A DNA stretch of 64,000 nt from an uncultured Gammaproteobacteria bacterium (GCA_964594455.1 CAZQLY010000008.1:42-64041); one strand, 5' to 3'; counted from the stretch's first letter, positions 31,308 to 42,066 are shown. Numbers and translations: made by a program. Notes: generated from the sequence alone by a model not told the origin.

Positions 31308-31860
31308 CGTTTGTGGCCTTATTGTTCTTGAAATTTCCAGTTAACTGGAAAGTAATATCTTCTTTCTTAATTAGATTAGATATCGGTGAATTGATATTTT
31401 CCAAAAAGTTGAGCCGTTCTAATAATTCTTTGAAGTCTAGAAGATCGTCTCTGTTTTTTGCGAAGCCTTGAATATCAAATGTTTCATCGTCGCGGTTTAT
31501 CTGAATACTTTTTATCTGAATGTTGCTATTGGGAGTTTGCCCTAGTTGATAAAGCGTGTCAGACCACTCTATATACGACTCTTGGGTTTTAGTTAGCTGC
31601 AAACCCTTGTTGTTTATTTTTTTGATAATTTCTTCGACAGTTTCATTGCCTTGCGTGGCCAGCGACTCCGTCAGGTTCTCGATATCGTTTTCAATTGATT
31701 GCAGCTCTTGGATCAGCAGAACGCGTACGGCGACAGTAAGACAGATGCAAAACACACAGCTGAAAAGAAGTATCACTAAACCTTTTCTGACCTGCGAAAA
31801 ACTAACCTCGGTAGCCAGGTCTTTTTTCTTTTCTGGAGGTAAAAGGTTTAAGATTATCAT
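31288..31860 (-). CDS. pilN: Type IV pilus alignment protein PilN-like
   Basis: N-terminal LNLLP motif, TM helix and IQGFAKNRDDL. Confidence 0.8.
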   Translation of the reverse strand: MIILNLLPPEKKKDLATEVSFSQVRKGLVILLFSCVFCICLTVAVRVLLIQELQSIENDIENLTESLATQGNETVEEIIKKINNKGLQLTKTQESYIEWSDTLYQLGQTPNSNIQIKSIQINRDDETFDIQGFAKNRDDLLDFKELLERLNFLENINSPISNLIKKEDITFQLTGNFKNNKATNDEDSES

Positions 31861-32939
31861 GATTGTTGATTTAACTCCTGAGAATTTCCGATTAAAGCTA
31901 GCCCGATTACTGTGGGGTGAGACAAGCGTTGGTTATTGGAAATTACTTTATTTTTGCTTAAGTGTTTGCAGTTTGCCCACGGATCGCCCAGCGCAACCTG
32001 AAGTTTGGTTTTGCTGCTTAATGATTTGGTAATATCTCGCAGATTGGCTCCTCCGCCCACCAAAAAAATTTGTTGTATTTGTTGGGCTGTTGGATAATGA
32101 GTTTGATAGTAATTTAGAATCTTTAGTATTTGTTTACTTAATTCATTGATTGATGGTTCCAGTATTTTTGGTATGGCCGCCCGGCCGCGGGTTGGGTCTA
32201 AGCCACAGAGTCTTTTGGCGTCTTCGGCCTGGTCGATAGATAATTTCAGTTTATCGGCAACTAGCTTAGTCATAGCTTGCCCTGAGATGTTTTTATTAGA
32301 CGCGCTCATTCTGACCATACCTCTATCAAATATTAAGAAACTGGTTCGATGAAGTCCTAGGTCTATCACCAAGGCTGATTGGGTAGCCTCATTTTGTTCA
32401 GCGATGACTGATTGGGCGATAGCGACTGATTCTATAACTAGGGCAATCGGGTCCAAACCAGCACTTTCTAGCACCGAAGTATAGGAATCGGCAATACTTT
32501 TAGGAATTGCGTTTATTAATACTTTCAGAGTGTCGCTGGCGGCTCCAGCCTTCAGAACCCGCCAATCTAGATATACTTCGTCTTTGGAATAAGGTATGTG
32601 CTGGGTAGCCTCCCATTCGACAGTTTCTTCCAGCTGTTGATTATCAACTCTAGGTACATCAATAACTTTGATAAAAGATTTGCGTTCAGGCAGAGACGCT
32701 ACTACGCGCTTAGAAGTGAAATGTCCGTACTTAGTTTTTGACATCAGCTTTTTTAGTGTATCGGCCAAGATCTTTGGTTGAAGAATCTCACCGTTTTTCA
32801 TCACACCTTCAGGTACGCTAATAGTAGAATAAGCCTCGAATGACGCGTTACGGCCTTGTTTTTTAAGTTTTATTGCCCGCAAAACCAAGTCACTGATATC
32901 AAGGCCGAAGGCTTTTTGATTGTTACGTATTAATCCCAT
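31857..32939 (-). CDS. pilM: Type IV pilus assembly protein PilM
   Basis: FGLDISD, EATQHIPY, LVIDLG, LVGGGANL and IGLAL actin-like motifs. Confidence 0.93.
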   Translation of the reverse strand: MGLIRNNQKAFGLDISDLVLRAIKLKKQGRNASFEAYSTISVPEGVMKNGEILQPKILADTLKKLMSKTKYGHFTSKRVVASLPERKSFIKVIDVPRVDNQQLEETVEWEATQHIPYSKDEVYLDWRVLKAGAASDTLKVLINAIPKSIADSYTSVLESAGLDPIALVIESVAIAQSVIAEQNEATQSALVIDLGLHRTSFLIFDRGMVRMSASNKNISGQAMTKLVADKLKLSIDQAEDAKRLCGLDPTRGRAAIPKILEPSINELSKQILKILNYYQTHYPTAQQIQQIFLVGGGANLRDITKSLSSKTKLQVALGDPWANCKHLSKNKVISNNQRLSHPTVIGLALIGNSQELNQQS

Positions 32940-32994
32940 GCGCGATGTTCAAATATTGTATCAATATATTTATTTTATCAAGACAATCAATAAT

Positions 32995-34851
32995 TTAAAA
33001 GCTCTCTCCCTGGAAAAGTTCTTCCCATGAGATAAAAGTATATTCACCCGAGCTGGGAAATAGGGGCGGCGGGAAGTATAACAACAGGGGGTCATAAGTA
33101 GTTTCATTTATCTCGTAGCCTGATACTACGGGACAACTTTCACAACTCACCCAGCTAAAAGTCCAGATGGTGTTAGTGATGATAGCTCCATAAACTTCAA
33201 TCTTGCTTCTCAGATGATAAGGGGAATACCAATCAGGATAATAGTAACGGAAGACATGACCTTTCTGGGCGATCATAGCGGCGTCTATTTCCAGGACATC
33301 ATCTGATCTCAAGGGGATTAAAACATCTTTTTGGGCGATCAATCCCAGGACTGATTCGTCATGATGATCTGTGTCATAGGTAATATCATTTTGGATACGA
33401 ATACTAGTGTTTGTGGCTGGTACATCAGGGAAGCGAGCTGAGGCTAGCATTACTCTTCCATTTACTGTACCGTCAACCCAAACATCATCCTCTACAAAAA
33501 TTAACCCGTTTTCTGGAACATCATAACTCTGAACAAAAGTGTGATAGCGCCAGCTGTTAGCTTCTTGGACCCATTGATTGCCGTCGTAACCCCAGACCGC
33601 TGGCCAGAGCCCAGTAACTCGATAAACATCAAAGGTTTCTTCGCTATTAAAAGTTATATGATAGCCTAGGTTGCCAGAAGGCCCCAGATAAACACCATCA
33701 GCAATAGCCTGGTCCTTGATATTCGATAGATCCATTGTTATGGAATCAAAATCTATCGAATCGACAGGAAATTCCCAGTACATCGGGTCTTCGCCGGTGC
33801 CCCAAACTCCGGGCTTCTCTTCGTTGCTGCAGCCGTGTTCCGGACCGCAGATATATGTTTCCCTGGCTGAGGTCATGCGGGCGTTGCCCTCACCGTCCAT
33901 CCGGATACCTCCGTTGGAATGCACTTCACCGTGGATTTCCTCACTTTCACCGAACCAAATATTATTGTTTGTTAAATAGGCGAATCGAGCTAGTGAAGGT
34001 ATGCCGTATCTGACCGTGATTGTTCTTTTGACGTCAGGCTGAGCAACAGTCCAGGCGGTAGATCTGATCCGGACAATAGTTGACCCGGTTTCTGGAGGAG
34101 TTATTTCCAAAGAGTATTGCCCGATGACATCACCATAGGGGTCGGAGTAGCCATGTACATAGGGACCGTTTGTTTCCGTAGTAGAAAGGATGACCACATA
34201 CATGCTTTCAGCGCCGACAGCTCCGCTGGCCATATTTCCACCCAAGGCAACCTCTCCTTGGCTAAATGTTTTTTCATAAATATTCAACGTGTTTACGCCA
34301 ACATCGTTTACTTCAATTGAGTCTCCGGTAGCGGTAAACTCGTCATTAAGCCAATCAGGCAGGCTGGTTGCTCTATCGTCATAAGCGACATAGACTGAAG
34401 CCTCTCTATTCACTTGAAAAGTTAGAAAATTATTTTCAGTAGAATCTTTGTCATCATTAGCGGTTTTGATCCAAAGCAATCCTTGGTATTCGGCGGGTAT
34501 ATCAGTAAGTGTATAGGTTCTATCAACGTAATATTCGTCCCCAGTATTTAATTCCGCTGTTTCGTAATTGCCACGATTAATTGAGCTAGCAGTCAATTCT
34601 GGACCACTGTTTCCCGTTCCATCCTGATAATCTTCTAGATCATGAGCCAAATGCCAACGATAATAATTTGTACCCGCTTCTGCTATGGCCAGAGTTCTGC
34701 GCCAGGAAATTTCACGAACCCCTTGTTTATGCTGGGTGGTAATTAGTGTCAGAAGCCCGCCCATTATCATGAGAAAAACGCTGGTGAATACCAAAGCCAT
34801 AACTAAAATAGCGCCTGGTTTTGAATGGTTATTTTTATAAAAGGTAATCAT
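32995..34851 (-). CDS. PilX-like minor pilin / tip protein with an inserted domain
   Basis: GAILVMALVF hydrophobic N-terminus, AEAG motif, GEVHSNGGI and C-terminal YD..L...PPP.FP. Confidence 0.75.
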   Translation of the reverse strand: MITFYKNNHSKPGAILVMALVFTSVFLMIMGGLLTLITTQHKQGVREISWRRTLAIAEAGTNYYRWHLAHDLEDYQDGTGNSGPELTASSINRGNYETAELNTGDEYYVDRTYTLTDIPAEYQGLLWIKTANDDKDSTENNFLTFQVNREASVYVAYDDRATSLPDWLNDEFTATGDSIEVNDVGVNTLNIYEKTFSQGEVALGGNMASGAVGAESMYVVILSTTETNGPYVHGYSDPYGDVIGQYSLEITPPETGSTIVRIRSTAWTVAQPDVKRTITVRYGIPSLARFAYLTNNNIWFGESEEIHGEVHSNGGIRMDGEGNARMTSARETYICGPEHGCSNEEKPGVWGTGEDPMYWEFPVDSIDFDSITMDLSNIKDQAIADGVYLGPSGNLGYHITFNSEETFDVYRVTGLWPAVWGYDGNQWVQEANSWRYHTFVQSYDVPENGLIFVEDDVWVDGTVNGRVMLASARFPDVPATNTSIRIQNDITYDTDHHDESVLGLIAQKDVLIPLRSDDVLEIDAAMIAQKGHVFRYYYPDWYSPYHLRSKIEVYGAIITNTIWTFSWVSCESCPVVSGYEINETTYDPLLLYFPPPLFPSSGEYTFISWEELFQGESF

Positions 34852-35468
34852 TATAGATTATTCTTAAGATTACGTATTTGCACGTCTGATTGTATTTCAA
34901 TATTTTCTGGCGCTGTTTCGGGATTGACGTTTACTTTCAAATAAACATTTATTAATTTGGTTTCGATCAGACGAGTTGGGGTGGGTAAGGGATTATTGAT
35001 ATCATCACCGGGATAGTCTCCGTTGTAATATGTAAATATCGGTGCGGTGTCATTGCGAACGTATTCAGAAACAATAATAATCTGTTCTTGGGCTTCCGGG
35101 TATTCTATTGGATCACCAGTAGGCTCTACGGTCCCTTTTTTTAAATAATTATCCTCTAGAAAATATCTGATTCTTTCTGTGGCTAAGTCAGCGTCAACAT
35201 CGCTAAAAAATACTATTTCTTGGTCATCAGCCGAAGCTAAAATATAAGAGCCGTCATCACCAGCTGATGCCTCGCGCAACTCCTTAACCATAGTTTTTAA
35301 GCCACGCCGGGCGCTTTCTACTGCTTGATATTGTTCGGAGCTATAGCGATCTATCTCCGAACCTTGAACGTAGAAAATGTACAACATTGCTAAAGCCATG
35401 CTAAATACCGCCAATGAGATCATAGCTTCTATTAAAGATACCCCTTTTTGGTTTTTATGTTTGTCCAT
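34851..35468 (-). CDS. Prepilin-type minor pilin (PilW-like)
   Basis: QKG|VSLIEAMI class III signal peptide. Confidence 0.85.
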   Translation of the reverse strand: MDKHKNQKGVSLIEAMISLAVFSMALAMLYIFYVQGSEIDRYSSEQYQAVESARRGLKTMVKELREASAGDDGSYILASADDQEIVFFSDVDADLATERIRYFLEDNYLKKGTVEPTGDPIEYPEAQEQIIIVSEYVRNDTAPIFTYYNGDYPGDDINNPLPTPTRLIETKLINVYLKVNVNPETAPENIEIQSDVQIRNLKNNL

Positions 35469-35471
35469 TAT

Positions 35472-36800
35472 CTATGACTCCGTCATAAATATTTCAACTG
35501 CGGTTGGTCCATCAACCATCATTTCCATGTCAAAATCCTGATAATCGGTAGCCGTAACTTCAATGTTGAAGTTTATATTATCCAAACTTGGAAAAAAAGT
35601 TTGCCCATAGCTAGTTGTATTTTGGGTTGCATCATAGGGTGGCGTGACGGAGAATAAGTGAACTTCGGCGTTTTCTATCAGATTTCCGGTTTGACCCCTT
35701 ACTGTTACTAACAGAGAATGATCGGTTTGAGGATCAAAATATACATCGACAGTTTGGGTAGCATCGGGTAATAGATTAATCGGTAGTGGGGGATTTGACC
35801 CAGCTATATCGTATCCTATAGTAATGTTGTCGATTATAAACTCATAACTGTCCCACTCCATATCGGAAAGGGTTAAGCTGCCGCTGACGTCTGTTGAGTG
35901 TACGACTTCGTATTTATAAATTGGTGCTTCAGATCCATCAGTACCAATGGTTTTTGAACCACGGAGGGTGAAGTCAATATTTCCTAGTGCTGATTCGTCC
36001 AGATTTTTTGTGTTGATGGTAAGGGTGCTAAGTAAGTCTATTGAGAAGCTGGCTTCAGTTACCACTCCTTCAAATATTGTTAATGGCGGGGGACTGGGAT
36101 TGGGGTTATTTACCAGATCAACCTCATAGGTTTGATCAGTACTATAACTCGCTTTGGTAACCGTAACGTCATAGGACTCCACCGCTGGTGGCATGCCTGG
36201 CAATATCAGCCTTCCGTTGGCTGTAGTTTGGGTATTGATATTAATGTTGGGAGTTATATCCGTGTTTTCAATATGAACATCGGCCATTGGTACCGGATCG
36301 CCATCGGCGTCAAATATAGTTAAAGAAAGCGTTCCGCCAGTCACATCCGTTTCAATTCCCTTGGGTGCTACATCAGTTATTAGAATAACTGGGTTGTCGT
36401 TTAGCATGGTAGGCCAGCTTACTTCAATCCGAACTCGTTTATAATCAGCGTTGAATAGGTCATTTGGTGACCCACCAGCCAAACCATCAAAAGGATCATC
36501 AACGTAGATGACGCTGGTTTCAATAGTATACTCGATTCTATTCATGGTCGTGATTTCGGTTTGAGGGATTGTGCCGGTCGGAACACCGCCTTCAGTCCCA
36601 ACGTCATCGTAAGTTAAATTACGTATCATCTCCATACGCTGGTTAGCTAAAGCACTGGCATCAAGCCGAGCCCTGTTGTCGCCTAAAACGCGAATACCAA
36701 AATTGAATAGAGTATAAAGTCCGATCATCACGAACGAAAATATAAACAAAGCTACAAAAACTTCTATTATGGTTATTCCTTTTTGATTGATTTTTTTCAT
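35472..36800 (-). CDS. Prepilin-type minor pilin (PilV-like) with carboxypeptidase-regulatory-like domains
   Basis: QKG|ITIIEVFV signal, ANQRMEMIRNLTY and beta-sandwich repeats. Confidence 0.82.
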   Translation of the reverse strand: MKKINQKGITIIEVFVALFIFSFVMIGLYTLFNFGIRVLGDNRARLDASALANQRMEMIRNLTYDDVGTEGGVPTGTIPQTEITTMNRIEYTIETSVIYVDDPFDGLAGGSPNDLFNADYKRVRIEVSWPTMLNDNPVILITDVAPKGIETDVTGGTLSLTIFDADGDPVPMADVHIENTDITPNININTQTTANGRLILPGMPPAVESYDVTVTKASYSTDQTYEVDLVNNPNPSPPPLTIFEGVVTEASFSIDLLSTLTINTKNLDESALGNIDFTLRGSKTIGTDGSEAPIYKYEVVHSTDVSGSLTLSDMEWDSYEFIIDNITIGYDIAGSNPPLPINLLPDATQTVDVYFDPQTDHSLLVTVRGQTGNLIENAEVHLFSVTPPYDATQNTTSYGQTFFPSLDNINFNIEVTATDYQDFDMEMMVDGPTAVEIFMTES

Positions 36801-36803
36801 GGA

Positions 36804-38018
36804 TTAAAAGGCCTCTACAACATTATACATAGGCATGATAATGGCAATAGCTACCAAGCCGACAGCTCCACCAAGGACTAACATTAGAATAGGTTCGATT
36901 ATTGTAGCTAAGTTAGACATGGTTTGATCGACGTCCTCTTCGTAAAAAACTGCTATTTCTTCCGAGATCGTATCAATCGTACCAGACTGTTCACCGACAT
37001 TGATAATCTGCGTTACCACGGGTGGAAAAAGCTCAGGATGTTTTTCTAATTCTGAAGTTACGGTGACGCCCTGTTTAACCTGATCGGCTATTTCCAGCAT
37101 AACGTCTTTATAATATACATTGCCCAGCGTCTTGGAAATGATTTTAAAGGCTTGAACGATTGGGATATCTGTCTTGAGCAAAGAGCTGAGAGTTCTAGCA
37201 AACCGGGCTAAGTTTATTTTTTTCACCATTTTCCCAAAAACTGGAGTCCGCAGTAGAATGGCATGATAAGCTCTCTGGCCTCGTTTCGTCTTGATAGTTC
37301 TCATGACAACAACCACTAACCCAACCACTGAACCTACAACGAGCAGGGCGTTTTTTGAAGCGAAATCACTGGTGGCTATAAGAATTTTTGTAGCCATAGG
37401 AAGCTCAACGGTAGTTTCGGAATAAAGAGCTGTGATTTTTGGGATGACGAATATAAACATCGCTATGCCAATACCGACCATGGCAATTAAGATTACTGCT
37501 GGATAGGTCAGGGCGCCTTTTACTTTTGAGACCAGGTTGTGGTCTTTTTTCATTTGAATGGTCAATCTTTTCAAAACCATTTCCAATTGGCCAGATACTT
37601 CTCCAGTTTCTATCATGCTGATAAAAATAGGGGAGAAAACTTTGGGATATACCCGCATGGCCGAAGCTAGCGTTTTTCCCTGCTCCACTTCATTACGAAG
37701 GTGCTCGATAATTTTTGAGAAATACGGATTGCGCGCTTGGAGGGCTAAAGTTTTCAAGGCCCGAGCGATGGAAAATCCGGTTCGAACCATGACCTCTAAA
37801 TTCTGAGTAAAGAACATACGGTCGACCAGCGAAACCCGGTTCATTTTATCAACCCAGGTGATTTTTTTGGTAACCTTCTTTTCAATAGGAGTAATCGAAA
37901 CTAAAGAAAAACCCTCCTTTTTTAATTTCTCTTCCAGCTCTTCTTTGCTTGAAGCTTGAGTTTTTTCTTTTTTAACTGTTCCGTTAGAAGTTTGTGCAGT
38001 ATAAAAGAATTCTGGCAT
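36804..38018 (-). CDS. pilC: Type IV pilus platform protein PilC (GspF family)
   Basis: GEVSGQLE, ALTYPAV, GEQSG and IIEP motifs. Confidence 0.93.
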   Translation of the reverse strand: MPEFFYTAQTSNGTVKKEKTQASSKEELEEKLKKEGFSLVSITPIEKKVTKKITWVDKMNRVSLVDRMFFTQNLEVMVRTGFSIARALKTLALQARNPYFSKIIEHLRNEVEQGKTLASAMRVYPKVFSPIFISMIETGEVSGQLEMVLKRLTIQMKKDHNLVSKVKGALTYPAVILIAMVGIGIAMFIFVIPKITALYSETTVELPMATKILIATSDFASKNALLVVGSVVGLVVVVMRTIKTKRGQRAYHAILLRTPVFGKMVKKINLARFARTLSSLLKTDIPIVQAFKIISKTLGNVYYKDVMLEIADQVKQGVTVTSELEKHPELFPPVVTQIINVGEQSGTIDTISEEIAVFYEEDVDQTMSNLATIIEPILMLVLGGAVGLVAIAIIMPMYNVVEAF

Positions 38019-38019
38019 A

Positions 38020-39753
38020 TTAATCCTTGGTTACGCGTAGTACTTCTTCTATGGTAGTAATACCCATTTTAGCTTTAATAAACCCATCTTCCAGCATTGT
38101 CAGCATGCCTTTTTCCCGAGCTTTTTTTAGCAGCTGTTCGCCGGAGGCGTTCCGGGTTATAAAATCAGCTATTTCATGATCTATTTCTAGAACCTCATAT
38201 ATTCCGATTCGTCCTTTATAACCGGTTTGGCCGCATTCCCGACAGCCTTTTCCGCGATAGAACAGAAGCGACTCGGGAACAATTTTTGAAGAGGAGATAG
38301 CCTCTTCAGATTCAAGAGTATGCAGAAGCTCTTGGAAGTTAATCTGTTTCTCCAGTTCTTTGATTGATTTTTTGTTGAGGTTATAACTGACAATACAGTT
38401 GGGACAGATTTTTCGTACCAGACGTTGAGCCATGACCAGGTTGGTTGTAGTAGCCACCAGGAATGACGGTATTTTCATTTCCATTAATCTGGGCAATGCT
38501 CCTACCGCGTCATTGGTATGCAGGGTGGATAGGACCAGGTGACCAGTCATAGCCGCGTTGGCTGCTATCTCAGCTGTTTCATGATCACGGATTTCTCCAA
38601 CCATAATTATGTTTGGGTCTTGACGGAGTAGGGCGCGGAGGCCGACCGAAAAAGTAAAACCTATTTTGGGGTTGACCTGACTCTGATTGACCCGAGGCAT
38701 ACGGTATTCAATAGGATCTTCTACTGTAGAAATATTTACACCCGGCTTATTTAAAATATTTAGTACGGTGTATAAGGTAGTGGTTTTTCCCGAACCGGTC
38801 GGACCGGTAACCAAGATCATTCCATGAGGCTTCTGGATATTCTTTTTTACCAGGTCGTAAGCCTTACTTAAGAAACCCAGTTGTTCCAGAGTCAGGATTT
38901 GGGCCGATTCATTTAAGAGACGCAGTACTATTTTTTCGCCATCATAGACTGGTATGATAGAAACACGAAAAGCCACTTTGTATTCGTCGGTGCTGACCTT
39001 GAAGCGCCCGTCTTGGGGCAGCCTGTGCTCGTCCAGCTTCAGGTTGGAAAGAATTTTTATTCTGGCAACAACTCCGGATTTGATTTTTTTAGGCAGAGTC
39101 ATCACTTCTCTCAGAATTCCATCAATACGATAGCGGACTATGACATCTTTTTCAGTTGGTTCAATATGTATGTCTGAAGCGCTTTCGTAGATAGCATACT
39201 CCAGCAATGTTTCCACGATGCGAATAATCGGTAAATCCTGAGCTAGCTTTTTTAAATCCTTTTGATCAGCCGGAGCTTCTTCCTTGTCGCTGGGTGAAGT
39301 TATCTCTTTGAACTTGGCCTTGATTCCTTTGTGATATTGCTTGAGCAGCTCTTTTAATGAGGTTGGCGTAGTAACATATATTTCCGGGGCGACGTTGGTT
39401 TTCTTTTTAATAAATTCAATTATCTCCAAATCAGAAGGATCGGTAGTAGCTAGTTTAATTGTTTCACCGTCTTGCTCAAAAGCTATTATCTGGTGAGCTT
39501 GGACGATATTCTCTGGAACTATTTGCAACAGGTCTTTGCGGACAGCTTTTCTTTTTAGGTCTACAAACTGAACTCCATAATGATTAGCGATATTTTCATA
39601 CAGTCCATTTTCAGAAAGAATCTTCTTTCTTATAAGATAATCAGCCAGCGATATGTTTTCGTTGGCTGCTTCGGTAATCGCTTTTTTTAATTCAGCTTCT
39701 GGAAGAATTTTGGATTTCAGGACGATTTGTTGTATTTGTTCTGGTTTTAGCAT
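38020..39753 (-). CDS. pilB: Type IV pilus extension ATPase PilB (GspE family)
   Basis: ASDIHIEP, GPTGSGKTTT, LRQDPNIIMVGEIRD, STLHTN and CxxC pairs. Confidence 0.95.
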   Translation of the reverse strand: MLKPEQIQQIVLKSKILPEAELKKAITEAANENISLADYLIRKKILSENGLYENIANHYGVQFVDLKRKAVRKDLLQIVPENIVQAHQIIAFEQDGETIKLATTDPSDLEIIEFIKKKTNVAPEIYVTTPTSLKELLKQYHKGIKAKFKEITSPSDKEEAPADQKDLKKLAQDLPIIRIVETLLEYAIYESASDIHIEPTEKDVIVRYRIDGILREVMTLPKKIKSGVVARIKILSNLKLDEHRLPQDGRFKVSTDEYKVAFRVSIIPVYDGEKIVLRLLNESAQILTLEQLGFLSKAYDLVKKNIQKPHGMILVTGPTGSGKTTTLYTVLNILNKPGVNISTVEDPIEYRMPRVNQSQVNPKIGFTFSVGLRALLRQDPNIIMVGEIRDHETAEIAANAAMTGHLVLSTLHTNDAVGALPRLMEMKIPSFLVATTTNLVMAQRLVRKICPNCIVSYNLNKKSIKELEKQINFQELLHTLESEEAISSSKIVPESLLFYRGKGCRECGQTGYKGRIGIYEVLEIDHEIADFITRNASGEQLLKKAREKGMLTMLEDGFIKAKMGITTIEEVLRVTKD

Positions 39754-39777
39754 TCGGTTTTTGTTATTTGCCTTTAT

Positions 39778-39806
39778 ATTATATCACAGATGAAATGATT
39801 CGTCAA
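39778..39806 (-). promoter_or_regulatory. Sigma70-type promoter of the pil operon
   Basis: TTGACG-17 nt-TATAAT with TG extension. Confidence 0.75.
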
Positions 39807-39825
39807 TTGAGATATGTATTTCTTA

Positions 39826-39860
39826 TAAAAAAAAGACGAAGTCAGCTGACCTCGTCTTTT
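39826..39860 (-). terminator. Intrinsic terminator after the GT-C gene
   Basis: AAAAGACGAGGTCAGCTGACTTCGTCTTTT hairpin plus T-run on the minus strand. Confidence 0.7.
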
Positions 39861-39868
39861 CTCTGGTC

Positions 39869-41686
39869 TTATTTGATGTCGTATATCCAGATGGAATAAC
39901 CAATTTTAGCTGTTATTTCGTGATCGAGAAGCCAGTAATATTCTTTGCTTTCTGAGTAGAGAGCAGAAACGCTTATAGCTATAGTGCCAGTGAAGGCGGG
40001 ATCTTTAGCAATGGCCTCATTATCAGGCGGTGATTCAAAATCTATTCCATAAGCACTGGGATAAGCTGTGCCAAAATAATGCAAATATATATTATCCAAA
40101 CCGTGCTTATCCATATAGCCTTTTAGGCCATAAAGATCCTGGCCCCAGTCCAAGTTAGAATCTGTCAGATATTTATGGCCGTTATTGGGACCACCCACAG
40201 CTTCATTGAAATATGAAAGGTAGTGTGGGTAGATTAGTAATGAAGACACAAAGTAGAAAATCAGCAGAACGACAAAGATGCTGTAAAAAACTTTCTTGTA
40301 TTTATCTATTTTCAAAGTTACCAGAAAGCCGATCATCAGAAAGATGAATGGATAAATGGGTAATAAGTGCCTTACCCCAAGATTAAGTTTACTGGTCAGC
40401 GTCCAAATGAAATAAAGCAGAGGAGTCAGAATAATTATATACCAATCTATGTTGGCTTGGCGTAGTGACTTAATCAAGCCGCTGGGAGCGGGTTTTTCTT
40501 CGACTGGGTCGCCCCGGTCAGTGTTAACCTTCTTTGATCGTAGTACTAGCCAGCGGATGAAATAACCGATTAAGAATAGTAATAGCAACAATGTTACCAG
40601 TGGTGTTTTGACTAAGAAGGCGATAATGAAGTAGTACCACCAGCCGACCCCTGAGTGCTCGCCCAACAAATAAGACGTATGACCCCAGTAATTATGATTT
40701 GCTAACGTGGCAAAGCCCTTGAAGTAGGTAAAGGCGGGTATCGGCACATTCTTAGCGGCGTTCTCGGTGAATTTACCCAGGCTGGTGTCAGTATCTGTGG
40801 CCGTATTGATGAAAGTTAACCAGGCTTTGTCAAAGTGTTGCTGTGACTTGCCGGAAGCAAATGCCACTGAGACTTCAGGATCACTGTAGGGGGTTTTCAT
40901 TTCAAATCCGTAGGTTCCCCAGATGACGAAAAATGCTACAATGAAAGTAAGCAAGATTAGTTTTTTAATTGAGAAGACTTTGCCAATTTCATCGGGATTG
41001 AGTTCTGTTTTGGGCCAGCCCTGCCATTTAGCGATGATTAGATATAAGAAGGCTAGGGGTATCAGGATAATAGCGGAGAATTTTGCTACTTGAGCTAGGC
41101 CAAAGATTGCAGCGAAAGATAGAGCGCGCCAAAAAGTCGGTTTTTTCAAATAACGTGACAGAAAGAACAAAGTAGCGAACATAAAGAAAGCAATTCCTAA
41201 ATCAGTGGTGATCCAGCGAGAGTGAGCGATAGTAGTAGGATCAAAGGCATAAAAAGCCAGGGCTAGCAATCCTCCGGTTACTCCAAAAAGACGTTTGGAC
41301 CATTTGAAAATAATGAGTCCAAGTAGTATACTGAGTAACATGATAGGCAATCGCGCCCAGAATAATTGCCAGGCCGGGCCGACATTGTTGCGATACAGGA
41401 ATTGTTGACCAGCATACCATTGCTTTGCATCTTCCCAACCTGGATTCTCATCTAATGGTTTCAGGTTCATAAACAGAAGAGGGAATCCGCTCATCATTTT
41501 TATTAAAGGCGGATGTTCTGGGTTGAGTCGGAAGTCCCCGGTTTTCAAATAAGAGTATCCGGCAACTATATGCGGAGCTTCATCAATAATCTGTGATTTC
41601 TGGGTGGCACTGGTTATTTCGATAGTCAGCATCAAAATAAGTAAAAGAGCAACGAAAAATTTGTAATAATGTTTGACTCCATTCAT
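39869..41686 (-). CDS. GT-C (ArnT/PMT_2-like) membrane glycosyltransferase
   Basis: DEAPH, NPEHPPLIK, many TM helices and DSNLDWGQDL. Confidence 0.85.
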   Translation of the reverse strand: MNGVKHYYKFFVALLLILMLTIEITSATQKSQIIDEAPHIVAGYSYLKTGDFRLNPEHPPLIKMMSGFPLLFMNLKPLDENPGWEDAKQWYAGQQFLYRNNVGPAWQLFWARLPIMLLSILLGLIIFKWSKRLFGVTGGLLALAFYAFDPTTIAHSRWITTDLGIAFFMFATLFFLSRYLKKPTFWRALSFAAIFGLAQVAKFSAIILIPLAFLYLIIAKWQGWPKTELNPDEIGKVFSIKKLILLTFIVAFFVIWGTYGFEMKTPYSDPEVSVAFASGKSQQHFDKAWLTFINTATDTDTSLGKFTENAAKNVPIPAFTYFKGFATLANHNYWGHTSYLLGEHSGVGWWYYFIIAFLVKTPLVTLLLLLFLIGYFIRWLVLRSKKVNTDRGDPVEEKPAPSGLIKSLRQANIDWYIIILTPLLYFIWTLTSKLNLGVRHLLPIYPFIFLMIGFLVTLKIDKYKKVFYSIFVVLLIFYFVSSLLIYPHYLSYFNEAVGGPNNGHKYLTDSNLDWGQDLYGLKGYMDKHGLDNIYLHYFGTAYPSAYGIDFESPPDNEAIAKDPAFTGTIAISVSALYSESKEYYWLLDHEITAKIGYSIWIYDIK

Positions 41687-42064
41687 AGTGATGATATTAA
41701 AAATAAACGTAGTTCTAAATTACGCTCGTTTTTTAGTGACAAAGTCATTGTCATAAGTATTGTCTTCTCTTTGACATTAAACGGCTTAACTTGGTGGTTG
41801 CTTTATTCAGAGTTTCATGGTCAAACCGAATTCGTGCCTCTCCATTATAACATTTATTTCGGAATTGACCTATACGGACCTTGGTATAATATCTTATTGA
41901 TTCCAGCCTCCGCCCTGCTCATGGTCTTTATTAATTGTATTTTTTCTTATATACTTTACATGCGTTTGAGAATTTTAAGCTATTTTTTAGTGATAACTTT
42001 CTCTCTTTGCCAACTAATTTTTTTAGGTGCCGCCTGGCTAATCACTCATGAACTAATAGTTTAA
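41669..42064 (+). CDS. Small membrane protein upstream of mraY
   Basis: Three TM helices and VPLHYNIYFGID motif; 2 nt before mraY. Confidence 0.7.
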   Translation: MFDSIHSDDIKNKRSSKLRSFFSDKVIVISIVFSLTLNGLTWWLLYSEFHGQTEFVPLHYNIYFGIDLYGPWYNILLIPASALLMVFINCIFSYILYMRLRILSYFLVITFSLCQLIFLGAAWLITHELIV

Positions 42065-42066
42065 TA

